Translations under genes and position numbers: made by a program
Assembly: GCA_027068765.1 (NCBI GenBank)
Contig: JAMOMC010000112.1
Span: 1 to 62,755, forward strand
Source: Campylobacterales bacterium
GTDB taxonomy: Bacteria > Campylobacterota > Campylobacteria > Campylobacterales > QNZT01
DNA: 62,755 nt
Direction: 5' to 3'
The notes under the pieces: model-generated
Database searches by the model: none
Told to the model about the DNA's origin: nothing
What the model saw: only the letters and a program-made list of their open reading frames with translations
In this document: piece by piece, positions 20,101 to 28,587 of the stretch
How positions within the stretch are numbered: position 1 is the stretch's first letter
Layout of the letters: every line of letters begins with the position of its first letter

Positions 20101-20793
20101 TCAGCTGGTATTTATAAAATATGGGGAAGATTTATAGCACCTAATGGTGCATCTGATTCGTTTTTTGTAAAGATGGATGAAGATGTGGAAGATATTTGGG
20201 ATATGCATCCAAATGGGAGTAGTTGGAGATACAATATAGTTAACGGTAGAGAGTATGGTGGAGAAAAAAGTTATAACTTAACAAAAGGAGAGCACACTTT
20301 GCTAATTAGAGCAAGAGAGGGTGGAGCTAAGCTTGATAAGATTATTATCACAAATGATGATGAGTTTACCCCTTCAAATCCACCACTTGTTGATGAAGTT
20401 TTAGAGATAGAAGCAGAAGATGCGATACTTTTATCTCCTATGTCCATAAGAGATGATACGACAGCTTCGGGTTCAAAATATATAACAAAAGATTATGGTG
20501 AGGGGAGTGCAAAATTTATTTTTAATATTGCTGAAGCTGGAGATTATAAGCTAAAAGCAAGATATATAGCACCTAATGGTATATCTGATTCGTTTTTTGT
20601 AAAGATGGATAACTCTACAGAAGATATTTGGGATATACATCCAAACACAGATAGTTGGAAAAGTACAAATGTAGCAGGACGAGAAAATGGAGGTGAATTT
20701 ATCTATAACTTGACAGAAGGTGAACATGTTTTCACCATAAGAGGACGAGAAAATGGGAGTAGACTTGATAAGTTGACACTTATACCAAATTAA
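17179..20793 (+). CDS. Large secreted protein: transglutaminase-like domain, discoidin/F5-8-like domain, two C-terminal CBM6/35-like modules
   Basis: Signal peptide; C91 (GMCSD), H124 (DHTVPE), D139 (FFDPS); LVDG...VIDLG...ARYIKI...LSEVHVY; repeats IELEAEDG/LEIEAEDA; TATAAT at 17128-17133. Confidence 0.65.
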   Translation: MKKLSLMLVFISQTLFANIYHLKVLSDKVPDLSNIETFGSNIGDNWESNNEKAIILSYWIDQLTTYSSPLYYSRQWNDPIAFLNNTEFGMCSDLTLLMNAMGEGAFGFTGRRHELSFLNVPIDHTVPEIEYDGALHFFDPSFGFAYGHYDNGVVTSLKDYALNPYYSRNNTPTALTRDSDGASFIKAWLSIDLFGWSIDRFRHDEYSPELTWQEKRTEGYYGVHRFDISIEDYEYYTRYWSHLDGLAGFSSKDFFWPNYNYNDVNDYTLNDNDKYKAHHRGNGLWVYEPDLKDALSFETSEKITLTNDMIYPTQLDVEGLVVFKVDSANFVTGVLIEADIKRENPEDSIIIEASSSGGNFWFPVWENKALGDINIKENISDMIKGTLKSQDLRHVTDFLVRVRLNTKSNLTAATLKSMKISTVTMLGKSSLPKLMLGENEITVAKANNHSSYQTKTFNPVLTKLENGINDEIYWSDIEAWKLYVKDYKNLEAYENYGNLYTVLEKNHWEKGFVTYELDAPRAIKKARLGGLFVVKDNQKDMFKIKYRVHNGSWSEWSEVATYDFSTRNNRDKRENQSHLEAWDIEEENVKKIEFKVEVFNYAHIEALHMEIDYEAKEVPFKPLYITYNWSEYYENEDGHLPQNEDAGITRTFSQKVGELPYKFSINIGGDIQPRMNWISMHLEGNKDPKNYAPIGYLDGIDKGNRDFIPMINYDIGDIISINKSILLNHSPWHGAKNQLVDGRIIAGSKSSRGNAGGGKVEIQNDEDDIVKFSKGVGVVELVIDLGEVKSVGGVRVDSYKDSWDAYFPESIIVESAVSDDFIYRSRDAYKSAKYAHNLYPVAWSLPRDATSRYLGRFPNYGLLSNYTFIPFDERVDARYIKIKIKEQNHYGSAKGITLSEVHVYDKLIANHWLPRLKHAKQIVVEPSVETIELEAEDGVLSSPMYVKNSATAFNGKYITNDNGSGSALYTFTLQSAGIYKIWGRFIAPNGASDSFFVKMDEDVEDIWDMHPNGSSWRYNIVNGREYGGEKSYNLTKGEHTLLIRAREGGAKLDKIIITNDDEFTPSNPPLVDEVLEIEAEDAILLSPMSIRDDTTASGSKYITKDYGEGSAKFIFNIAEAGDYKLKARYIAPNGISDSFFVKMDNSTEDIWDIHPNTDSWKSTNVAGRENGGEFIYNLTEGEHVFTIRGRENGSRLDKLTLIPN
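19969..20790 (+). repeat. Tandem duplication of a CBM-like module (period 432 nt / 144 aa)
   Basis: TATAGCACCTAATGGT..ATCTGATTCGTTTTTTGTAAAGATGGAT at 20133 and 20565. Confidence 0.85.
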
Positions 20794-21353
20794 TTATTTG
20801 CAGGAGTTGGAGATGTTTTGTTTGTCTCATTTACATCTTTTGAAACTCTTGTTTTCATCGGTTTGAAAAACTCATAAACTAAAGGCTCTTTATCTTTAAA
20901 CTTTATATGGATTAAGATATTGTCTCTATCTTTTGATTGGTAGATTTTAAATCTTTCACAATCCTCTTTTACCTGAGTGATATGATAAAAATTTACATTG
21001 TCAGATGTCATTTTTGTAAAAGGTTTGACGGATTCAACTCTTAAAAGAGTGTTTTTTTCATAACTCACAAGCCAAGATACATAAGGATGTTCAATATCAT
21101 AAATTGAGTTTGATGTCAGAAGATTTATCGTGGAGTTTTTTGATCCTGTAATCTCCAGCTCACTTGCCAAGAAGATATCATCATAAAGTAAATCTAATAA
21201 CTTCTGCTTATTTTGTTCCTCTTGGCTTTTTTGGTTAAAAAGTATATTTGTTTTTTGTAAATTGCCAATTGCAGAATATAAAAAATTTACAATTAATCCA
21301 AGCAAAAATATTGATACGAGTAGTTCAATTAAAGAGAAAGCTTTTTTCATCAT
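20790..21353 (-). CDS. Prepilin-type N-methylation domain protein (pseudopilin, GspJ-like)
   Basis: KKAFSLIELLVSI class III signal. Confidence 0.8.
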   Translation of the reverse strand: MMKKAFSLIELLVSIFLLGLIVNFLYSAIGNLQKTNILFNQKSQEEQNKQKLLDLLYDDIFLASELEITGSKNSTINLLTSNSIYDIEHPYVSWLVSYEKNTLLRVESVKPFTKMTSDNVNFYHITQVKEDCERFKIYQSKDRDNILIHIKFKDKEPLVYEFFKPMKTRVSKDVNETNKTSPTPANN

Positions 21354-21788
21354 TTACCTTAGATGCATCTTATAGATAAAAGTGGAGTTTTGTTTATCTC
21401 CAACAAGTATTTTGTCAAAAACTATTTTAAAATTCATACTTTGATTAGAATCATCATCTTTATTTTCACTTGATCCCAAAGGCTCAAATGTTGTAAACTC
21501 TTGATGATCATAGTATACTTTTTTCTCTTTTAGATATTTTCTAAAATCATCATCTTTTATATCATAATCATCTCTAATAAATTCATAAAGATTTTTTTCT
21601 GAGTTGTGAAAAGCTTGGTCATTGTGCATAAGAGCAAGAGAGTAAAGAGTTGTAAACTCCCCTTTTTTGGTTAAATATGAGAAGTTATTTTTGCTATTTG
21701 TACTAATTTCAAAAAGCATTACAGCCACAGTAGATAGTATGATAACAGACACCAAAACTTCTATAAGTGTAAATGCTTTTTTATTCAT
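21354..21788 (-). CDS. Prepilin-type N-methylation domain protein (pseudopilin, GspI-like)
   Basis: KKAFTLIEVLVSV. Confidence 0.8.
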   Translation of the reverse strand: MNKKAFTLIEVLVSVIILSTVAVMLFEISTNSKNNFSYLTKKGEFTTLYSLALMHNDQAFHNSEKNLYEFIRDDYDIKDDDFRKYLKEKKVYYDHQEFTTFEPLGSSENKDDDSNQSMNFKIVFDKILVGDKQNSTFIYKMHLR

Positions 21789-22320
21789 CTACTACTCTAA
21801 TCTTTGTAAACTCTTCAGACCTTTGCATCTCTAAAGCATCATTTAGTTTTGAAGTGATATAAGTTTTTTTAAAGTATGGAAAAAAAGCATAATATTTTTT
21901 TCCACTTTTTACAACATAAGAGGATGAAGAGCTATTTGGAAATATTGTATATTTAAAACATACTTTATGAAGTTTTTCATCTATTAAAGTAGGAGAAAAC
22001 TCTATCTCTCTCTCACTAGAGTGAATATCGTTTTTGTAAACTTTTATATCTTTAAAAATATCAATACTAATATCTATATTCATCTCCTCTTGTAATTCAT
22101 CATTTATTAAAAGTGCAGATTTTTGGCATCTATCATATACATAAAATTCAATTTTTTTCCCTTTTGTCCAGTGAGGCAAGAGAGCATCTTTTATATGTTC
22201 AAGTGTGATGACTTTAACACTTTTTTTTGGATCAAATGTCCCTAAAACTAGAGAGTAAATAACACCAATGATTAAAACAACTATCATGATTTCAAAAAGT
22301 GTAAATGCAGATCTTCTCAA
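21781..22320 (-). CDS. Prepilin-type N-methylation domain protein (pseudopilin, GspH-like)
   Basis: RSAFTLFEIMIVV. Confidence 0.8.
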   Translation of the reverse strand: MRRSAFTLFEIMIVVLIIGVIYSLVLGTFDPKKSVKVITLEHIKDALLPHWTKGKKIEFYVYDRCQKSALLINDELQEEMNIDISIDIFKDIKVYKNDIHSSEREIEFSPTLIDEKLHKVCFKYTIFPNSSSSSYVVKSGKKYYAFFPYFKKTYITSKLNDALEMQRSEEFTKIRVVDE

Positions 22321-22399
22321 TTTTTTTACTCTTATAATTCAATATTTTAATCTATTATAGCTAAACGAAATTTATGTTACAATAGACAAAAGGATAGAG

Positions 22400-23074
22400 A
22401 TGTCAAAAAAGAGAATACTGCTTTTAGAGGATGATCCAACATTAAATGAGACGGTTGTTGAGTATTTTGAGGATTTGGGTTATTTGATTGATGGGATTGA
22501 AGATGGATTAGATGCACTTGATAAGATTTATGAAAATAGTTATGATATTTTGCTTTTGGATGTGAAAGTACCTCAGATGAGTGGATTTGATTTACTAAAA
22601 GAGCTTAGAAAGCGTGATATTGCAACTCCTGCTATTTTTATAACTTCTTTGAACTCTATCGATGATTTGAGTGAGGGGTATGAGAGTGGATGTGATGATT
22701 ATATTAGAAAACCTTTTGCTTTAAAAGAGCTTTTGGTTCGAGTTGAGAGTATATTGAAAAGAGATTTTTACCACAATGGTAGTGAAAAAATTGAAATTTC
22801 AAAAAATATATATTATGATATAAGTTCAAATATGCTCTACATTGATGAGAAAATTGAAACGTTAAATAACAAAGAGGCAAAACTTTTAAAACTATTTTTA
22901 CAAAATATAGGGCAGATACTCTCCCATGAGAGGATTTATGATGCATTGTGGGATTATGATGAGACATACTCTGAGGCAAGTTTGAGAACTTATATAAAAA
23001 ATTTACGAAAGATATTGGGGAAAGAGAAGATTGTTAGTATCAAAAAACAGGGGTATAAATTTATTAAAGAGTGA
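22400..23074 (+). CDS. dccR: OmpR-family response regulator, DccR-like
   Basis: ILLLEDD, LDVKVP, TPAIFITSLN, GCDDYIRKPF, LWDYDE..SE.SLR.Y.KNLRKILGKEKI closely resemble Campylobacter DccR as I recall it. Confidence 0.8.
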   Translation: MSKKRILLLEDDPTLNETVVEYFEDLGYLIDGIEDGLDALDKIYENSYDILLLDVKVPQMSGFDLLKELRKRDIATPAIFITSLNSIDDLSEGYESGCDDYIRKPFALKELLVRVESILKRDFYHNGSEKIEISKNIYYDISSNMLYIDEKIETLNNKEAKLLKLFLQNIGQILSHERIYDALWDYDETYSEASLRTYIKNLRKILGKEKIVSIKKQGYKFIKE

Positions 23075-24218
23075 GAGAAAAACACTTATCTCTTTTTTGT
23101 TTTTATACTCATTTTTATCACTTTTGATTTTGTTGTTTTTGGCATTTATCTACTATAATTTTCAAAAAGAGAGTATGCTTCAAGAACAAAATTCTAGATT
23201 AAAACAGCACTCTTTTGAGTTAATCCCAAAGCTTCAACACTTACATGAAAATTTTGATAAAATACGATTTTATCCACGATTTTCATACTTTAACTCAGCT
23301 ATTTATGATAGTAGCGGGAGAGTAATATTTTCAACTCTAAAAGAAAATAAGACAAATTTAAATAGCTCAATTTATAAGATAAAAGATAAGATACATTATG
23401 TAAGACTGCTTGAGAGTTATTATCTTGGGGCTATGTATATAGTTGTTGAAATTGATGATGATGAGGTATGGCTTAGTTTTGTAAAAATGAAAGTTATAGC
23501 TTATGGGGTTATGTTATTTTTTATTTTATTAATAGCTGGCTATTTTCTATTAAAGATATTTTTAAAACCTATGCGAGATAGTATATATCTTCTAAATCGT
23601 TTTATTAAAGATACAACACATGAGTTAAACACCCCAATATCTGCAATTTTAACAAATATAGAGATGATTGATGAGAGTAAGCTTGATAAAAAAGATGCAA
23701 AAAAGATAAAAAGAATTGATATAGCTTCAAGAACCATCTCAAATTTATACAATGATCTAACTTATGTTGCATTAGGAAATCAGATACAATCAAAAGATGA
23801 AGATATTGATTTATCAATTTTAATAGATGAGAGAGTAGAGTATTTTAAAGTCTTATCAAATGCTAGAGAACTTGAAGTTGTTTTGGATTTAGATAGAAAC
23901 ATAATGCTTTTTATAGATAGATATAAAATAACAAGACTACTTGATAATCTAATCTCAAATGCAATAAAATACAATAAAAAGGGGAGTTTTATAAAAATTA
24001 CTTTAAAAGATAGATATTTATGCATAGAAGATGGGGGTGTTGGTATTAAAAAAGAGAAGATTAAATTTATGTTTGATAGATATTCTAGATTTAATGAGAG
24101 TGAGGGTGGATTTGGTTTGGGGTTAAATATAGTAAAAGAGATTGCAAACGAGTATAAACTTCTTCTAAAAGTAGAGTCAAAATTAAAAATTGGAACACAA
24201 GTGAGTGTGATATGGTAA
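23031..24218 (+). CDS. dccS: Sensor histidine kinase, DccS-like (start codon uncertain)
   Basis: Two TM helices, FIKDTTHELNTP H-box, NLISNAIKY, DGGVG, GGFGLGL. Confidence 0.8.
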   Translation: MLVSKNRGINLLKSERKTLISFLFLYSFLSLLILLFLAFIYYNFQKESMLQEQNSRLKQHSFELIPKLQHLHENFDKIRFYPRFSYFNSAIYDSSGRVIFSTLKENKTNLNSSIYKIKDKIHYVRLLESYYLGAMYIVVEIDDDEVWLSFVKMKVIAYGVMLFFILLIAGYFLLKIFLKPMRDSIYLLNRFIKDTTHELNTPISAILTNIEMIDESKLDKKDAKKIKRIDIASRTISNLYNDLTYVALGNQIQSKDEDIDLSILIDERVEYFKVLSNARELEVVLDLDRNIMLFIDRYKITRLLDNLISNAIKYNKKGSFIKITLKDRYLCIEDGGVGIKKEKIKFMFDRYSRFNESEGGFGLGLNIVKEIANEYKLLLKVESKLKIGTQVSVIW

Positions 24219-24568
24219 AAAAAGTGATTTTTTTTATGTTTATATTTAATACTTTAGTTTTTGCTAAAACCTTGGAAAGGAATGAGCAAAATATTTATGA
24301 ACAAAACTGCCTGCCTTGCCATAGTCCACTCTCTATTGGGATTGATAAATTTTTCTTTCAGTATCTTGTAAAATATAGTAGTGAGTTATCTGTTAAATCT
24401 GCATTAACCTATTTTCTTAAAAATCCAGATGAGTTAACTTCAGCACTCTCTAGTGACCAACTAAGACGCTTTGGTGTAAAATCAAAAACAAATTTAAGTG
24501 ATGAAGAGTTAGATGAAGCTATTGATATATATTGGGAAAAATACAAAGTTTTTGGGAAAATAGAGTAG
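24212..24568 (+). CDS. Exported monoheme cytochrome c-like protein
   Basis: Signal peptide, single CLPCH motif; overlaps the kinase stop. Confidence 0.7.
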   Translation: MVKKVIFFMFIFNTLVFAKTLERNEQNIYEQNCLPCHSPLSIGIDKFFFQYLVKYSSELSVKSALTYFLKNPDELTSALSSDQLRRFGVKSKTNLSDEELDEAIDIYWEKYKVFGKIE

Positions 24569-24589
24569 TTATATAAATTGTTACACAAT

Positions 24590-24622
24590 TTTCACGATTG
24601 TTTCACGATTATCTTTTACAAT
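24590..24622 (+). promoter_or_regulatory. DccR-type direct-repeat operator (TTTCAC-N6-TTCAC) with downstream -10 TACAAT
   Basis: TTTCACGATT at 24590 and 24601 (11-bp period); TACAAT at 24617-24622, ahead of the first c553 gene. Confidence 0.7.
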
Positions 24623-24659
24623 ACAGGGGTAAGAAAAATTTTAAAGTGAGGAAGTAAGA

Positions 24660-24953
24660 ATGAAAAAAATAGTATTAGCATGTATGGCAGTGGGTGCAAT
24701 GAGTTTTTTAGCAGCAGATGCTGCACTTTATAAGAAGTGTTCAGGTTGTCATGGAGTAAATGGTGAGAAAAAAGCACTAGGTAAAGGTAAAGTTATCACA
24801 GGTATGGCAGCGGCTGATGTTGTAACAGCACTTAATGGTTATAAAGATGGTTCATACGGTGGGGCTATGAAAGGTATTATGAAAGGACCATTGGCAGGTC
24901 TTAGTGATGATGATATCAAAGCTTTAGGTACTTATATAGAAGGTCTTAAGTAA
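24660..24953 (+). CDS. Cytochrome c553, copy 1
   Basis: Signal peptide, CSGCH, GGAMKGIMKG Met-ligand region. Confidence 0.92.
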   Translation: MKKIVLACMAVGAMSFLAADAALYKKCSGCHGVNGEKKALGKGKVITGMAAADVVTALNGYKDGSYGGAMKGIMKGPLAGLSDDDIKALGTYIEGLK

Positions 24954-25003
24954 TATTTTATTACTTAAAGTTACATTAAAATTAAAAAAACAAGGAAAAA
25001 ATT

Positions 25004-25297
25004 ATGAAAAAAATAGCATTAACAATGATGGCAGTAGGCGCGATGAGTTTTTTAGCAGCAGATGCAGCACTTTATAAAAAATGTGCAGGTTGTCATGGAG
25101 CAAATGGTGAGAAAAAAGCATTAGGTAAAGGTAAAGTTATCACAGGTATGGCAGCAGCTGATGTTGTAACAGCACTTAATGGTTATAAAGATGGTTCATA
25201 CGGTGGAGCTATGAAAGGTCTTATGAAAGGTCAAGTAACAGGTCTTAGTGATGATGACATTAAAGCTTTAGGTACTTATATCGAAGGTCTTAAATAA
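25004..25297 (+). CDS. Cytochrome c553, copy 2
   Basis: CAGCH, GGAMKGLMKGQ. Confidence 0.92.
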   Translation: MKKIALTMMAVGAMSFLAADAALYKKCAGCHGANGEKKALGKGKVITGMAAADVVTALNGYKDGSYGGAMKGLMKGQVTGLSDDDIKALGTYIEGLK

Positions 25298-25311
25298 TTT
25301 TTATATCTACA

Positions 25312-25347
25312 TTAACTCCATCTTTTTGATGGAGTTAAACTCTCTTT
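25312..25347 (+). terminator. Intrinsic terminator
   Basis: TTAACTCCATC-TTTTT-GATGGAGTTAA then CTCTCTTT. Confidence 0.8.
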
Positions 25348-25538
25348 AAATTTCTGAAAAATCCTCTTTTATCTGTAATAAAAATATTTATAATTTATTT
25401 TGTATTGATATTTATTGAAAATATAATTATCGTATTATAAACTTTTATTATAGTTGTGCTATTATGAAAATAATTGCTTCATTAGTTTTACTTATATTGA
25501 TGAAGTGATAAAATTTTAAAGTTAAGGAGATTTAACTA

Positions 25539-25832
25539 ATGAGAAAAGTTATATTAACATGTATGGCAGTAGGTGCGATGAGTTTTTTAGCGGCAGATGC
25601 CGCACTTTATAAGAAGTGTGCAGGTTGCCATGGAGCAAATGGTGAAAAAGCGGCTTTAGGTAAATCAAAAGTTATTACAGGTATGGCGGCAGCTGATGTT
25701 GTAACAGCACTTAATGGTTATAAAGATGGTTCATTTGGTGGAGCTATGAAAGGTCTTATGAAAGGTCAAGTAACAGGTTTAAGTGATGATGACATCAAAG
25801 CTTTAGGTACTTATATCGAAGGTCTTAAGTAG
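25539..25832 (+). CDS. Cytochrome c553, copy 3
   Basis: CAGCH, GGAMKGLMKGQ; own AAGGAG RBS. Confidence 0.92.
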   Translation: MRKVILTCMAVGAMSFLAADAALYKKCAGCHGANGEKAALGKSKVITGMAAADVVTALNGYKDGSFGGAMKGLMKGQVTGLSDDDIKALGTYIEGLK

Positions 25833-25845
25833 ACTCTATTTTAAC

Positions 25846-25886
25846 TTAACTCCATCTTCTTGATGGAGTTAAACTCTCTTTTTTTT
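25846..25886 (+). terminator. Intrinsic terminator (duplicate of 25312)
   Basis: TTAACTCCATC-TTCTT-GATGGAGTTAA then a T run. Confidence 0.85.
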
Positions 25887-25902
25887 AAACTCCAAAAAAC
25901 TT

Positions 25903-25911
25903 TGTTATAAT
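25903..25911 (+). promoter_or_regulatory. Extended -10 promoter element
   Basis: TGTTATAAT about 30 nt upstream of the ankyrin gene. Confidence 0.6.
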
Positions 25912-25941
25912 GTCCCTTACATATATCATATAGGGGGAAAT

Positions 25942-26433
25942 ATGTCTGATATTCAAAAAGCGATAGGCTTAGATAGCTATGTGCAGATAAAAAAATATAT
26001 AAAAGATGGTGGAGATTTTAATCAAATTATAGAAAACGAAGATAATGAAAATGATGAGTGTTTGATGTTTTATGCTATTCATAAAAAATGCTCTTTTGAT
26101 ACATTAAAATTTATGGTTGAAAATGGTTTTGATATAGATTTTACTGATAGAGATGGTGTTAGTATTTTTGATGAAGCGATAGTTTTAGGAGATATGGATT
26201 TTATAAAGTATCTTTTGATTGAGAAGAAGATAGATGCAAATCATACTAAAAGAAAAAGTGGACTAACTCCAATAATTCAAGCAGCATGTTATGGAAATAT
26301 TAATCTTATAAAACTTTTAGTTTCACATGGGGCGGATGTAAATATCAAAGATGCTTTTAATTTAAGTGCAGCTGATTATGCAAGAAAACTACAAAGAAAA
26401 AAAATGCAAAAATTTCTTGAAGAAGAGTTATAA
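25942..26433 (+). CDS. Ankyrin-repeat protein
   Basis: GLTPIIQAACYGNINLIKLLVSHGADVNIKD. Confidence 0.85.
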   Translation: MSDIQKAIGLDSYVQIKKYIKDGGDFNQIIENEDNENDECLMFYAIHKKCSFDTLKFMVENGFDIDFTDRDGVSIFDEAIVLGDMDFIKYLLIEKKIDANHTKRKSGLTPIIQAACYGNINLIKLLVSHGADVNIKDAFNLSAADYARKLQRKKMQKFLEEEL

Positions 26434-26502
26434 TAACTTATTGCTTTTGTTTAATATTGCATATGTTATTATTTTGGAACTATACTATATATTTTAAAAG
26501 GA

Positions 26503-26751
26503 TTGGTTATGGAGGTAAATTTTGCTGTTGAAGGTTTAAAGTTTATGTTTTTGGGCATGACGACTGTTTTTACATTTTTGTTTTTACTTGTTGTTATTCT
26601 TAAAATACAAGAGAAGATATTTAAAAAATATTTTCCTCAAAAAGAGGTAAAAACTCCACCTGTTGTTCCTGCAGTTAGCTCAAACAAGCAAGATGATAGT
26701 CAAACTATTGCCGCAATTAGTGCCGCAATTACTGAATTTAAAAAGAAATAA
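26503..26751 (+). CDS. oadG: Na+-translocating decarboxylase gamma subunit
   Basis: GMTTVFTFLFLL TM, Pro/Ala linker, IAAISAAI. Confidence 0.88.
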   Translation: MVMEVNFAVEGLKFMFLGMTTVFTFLFLLVVILKIQEKIFKKYFPQKEVKTPPVVPAVSSNKQDDSQTIAAISAAITEFKKK

Positions 26752-26759
26752 GGTAAAAA

Positions 26760-28580
26760 ATGGCAAAAAAATTAATTGATATAATGGATACTACTTTTAG
26801 AGATGGATTTCAATCTGTTTTTGGAGGAAGAGTTTTGATGGAGGACTTTCTTCCAGCTTTACAAGCTGCAAAGCATGCTGGTATTAGTCATTTTGAATTT
26901 GGTGGAGGAGCTAGATTTCAGAGTCTTTTTTTCTATTTAAATGAGAATGCTTTTGATATGATGGATAAGTTTCGTGAAATTGTAGGGGCTGAGGCAAATT
27001 TACAAACTTTAGCAAGAGGTGTTAATACAATTTTATTAGATACAGCAAGTAGTGATTTAATAGACTTACATGCAAAGATGTTTAAAAAACACGGTACAAC
27101 AACAATTAGAAATTTTGATGCATTAAATGATGTAGAAAACTTAAAATTTAGTGGAGAGTGCATCACAAAATATGGTTTAAATCACGAAGTTGTAATAACT
27201 ATGATGGATCTTCCTCCTGGCTGTAAAGGTGCTCATGATGTGGCATTTTATGAGAAGACTTTGAGAGAGATTTTAGATGCAGAAATTCCTTATGATAGTG
27301 TCTGTTTTAAAGATGCAAGTGGAACTTCTAGCCCTCATAAAGTTTTTGAGACTATCTCAATGGCAAAAAGATTACTACCTGAAAATGTTCATGTAAGACT
27401 TCATACTCACGAAACAGCAGGAGTTAGTGTGTCTTGTTATTTGGCTGCATTAGAGGCTGGAGTTGATGGAATTGACCTTGCTGCTAGTCCAGTTAGTGGA
27501 GGGACTTCTCAACCTGACATCTTAACTCTTTTACATGCCACAAAAGGGACAAAATTTGACCTTGGTGGATTAGAGACTTCAAAGATCTTAGAGTATGAAG
27601 ATGTTTTAAAAGATTGTTTAAAAGATTATTTTATGCCACCAGAGGCTATTCAAGTTTCTCCATTAATTCCATTTTCTCCAATGCCAGGAGGGGCATTAAC
27701 TGCAAATACTCAAATGATGAGAGACAATAGAATACTTCATAAATTTCCAGAAGTTATAAAAGCTATGCAAGAGGTTGTAGAAAAAGGTGGGTATGGGACA
27801 TCAGTTACACCTGTTTCACAATTTTATTTCCAACAAGCTTTTAACAATGTCATGTTTGGACCTTGGAAGAAGATAGCTGATGGTTATGGAAAGATGGTTT
27901 TAGGATATTTTGGTAAAACTCCAACTGCACCAGATAGTGAGATAGTAGAGTTAGCAAGTAAACAATTAAAGTTAGAGCCAACAGCAAAAAGTGCAAGAGA
28001 TATTGCTGATAGTGATGAGAAAAAATCACTAAAATATTTTGAAAAAATGTTAGTTGAAAATGATTTAGAAGTGAATGATGAAAATATTTTTATAGTAGCA
28101 TCATGTGATGTAAAAGGTATCTCATTTTTAAAAGGTGAAGCGGTAGTAAATGTTAGAAAAAATGATACTTCAAATAGCACACAAAGTGATGGAGTAGTAG
28201 CAAATATATCAAAAGGGAGTGGTGAAATGGCAGGAAAATATACAGTAGTTGTAAATGGTACAACTTACAATGTAGATGTAGCAGATGGACACGATGGAGT
28301 AGCAAATGTAACAAATGTTGCACCAGCGACACCTGTAGCAATAGCTGCGAGTTCTGGAGGAAAGGGGAGTATTGAAATTCTCTCTCAAACTCCTGGAAAT
28401 GTCTGGAAAGTAGTTGCAAACATTGGAGATACTTTAAAAGAAGGTGATCCTATTATGATTTTAGAGGCTATGAAGATGGAGATAGATATACCAGCTCCAC
28501 AAGATGGAGTTTTAAAAAGTATAGATGTTAACACAAATGATGTTGTTTCTGATGGTCAACTTCTAGCAACTATGGAGTAA
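26760..28580 (+). CDS. oadA: Oxaloacetate decarboxylase alpha / pyruvate carboxylase subunit B (carboxyltransferase + biotin carrier)
   Basis: RDGFQS, KDASG, HTH, PGG, VTPVSQ, EAMKME biotinylation motif. Confidence 0.88.
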   Translation: MAKKLIDIMDTTFRDGFQSVFGGRVLMEDFLPALQAAKHAGISHFEFGGGARFQSLFFYLNENAFDMMDKFREIVGAEANLQTLARGVNTILLDTASSDLIDLHAKMFKKHGTTTIRNFDALNDVENLKFSGECITKYGLNHEVVITMMDLPPGCKGAHDVAFYEKTLREILDAEIPYDSVCFKDASGTSSPHKVFETISMAKRLLPENVHVRLHTHETAGVSVSCYLAALEAGVDGIDLAASPVSGGTSQPDILTLLHATKGTKFDLGGLETSKILEYEDVLKDCLKDYFMPPEAIQVSPLIPFSPMPGGALTANTQMMRDNRILHKFPEVIKAMQEVVEKGGYGTSVTPVSQFYFQQAFNNVMFGPWKKIADGYGKMVLGYFGKTPTAPDSEIVELASKQLKLEPTAKSARDIADSDEKKSLKYFEKMLVENDLEVNDENIFIVASCDVKGISFLKGEAVVNVRKNDTSNSTQSDGVVANISKGSGEMAGKYTVVVNGTTYNVDVADGHDGVANVTNVAPATPVAIAASSGGKGSIEILSQTPGNVWKVVANIGDTLKEGDPIMILEAMKMEIDIPAPQDGVLKSIDVNTNDVVSDGQLLATME

Positions 28581-28587
28581 TTTAAAG

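Noticed and set aside
20790-22320. Pseudopilins with Ala rather than Gly before the cleavage-site Phe
   Set aside because: AF(T/S)L is normal for Campylobacterota prepilin-like proteins
25350-25530. Fur- or FNR-like boxes upstream of c553 copy 3
   Set aside because: Only partial matches in very AT-rich DNA, not distinguishable from chance
25312-25886. Repeated hairpin as a CRISPR repeat or MITE
   Set aside because: Only two copies, each directly after a duplicated gene; explained as duplicated terminators
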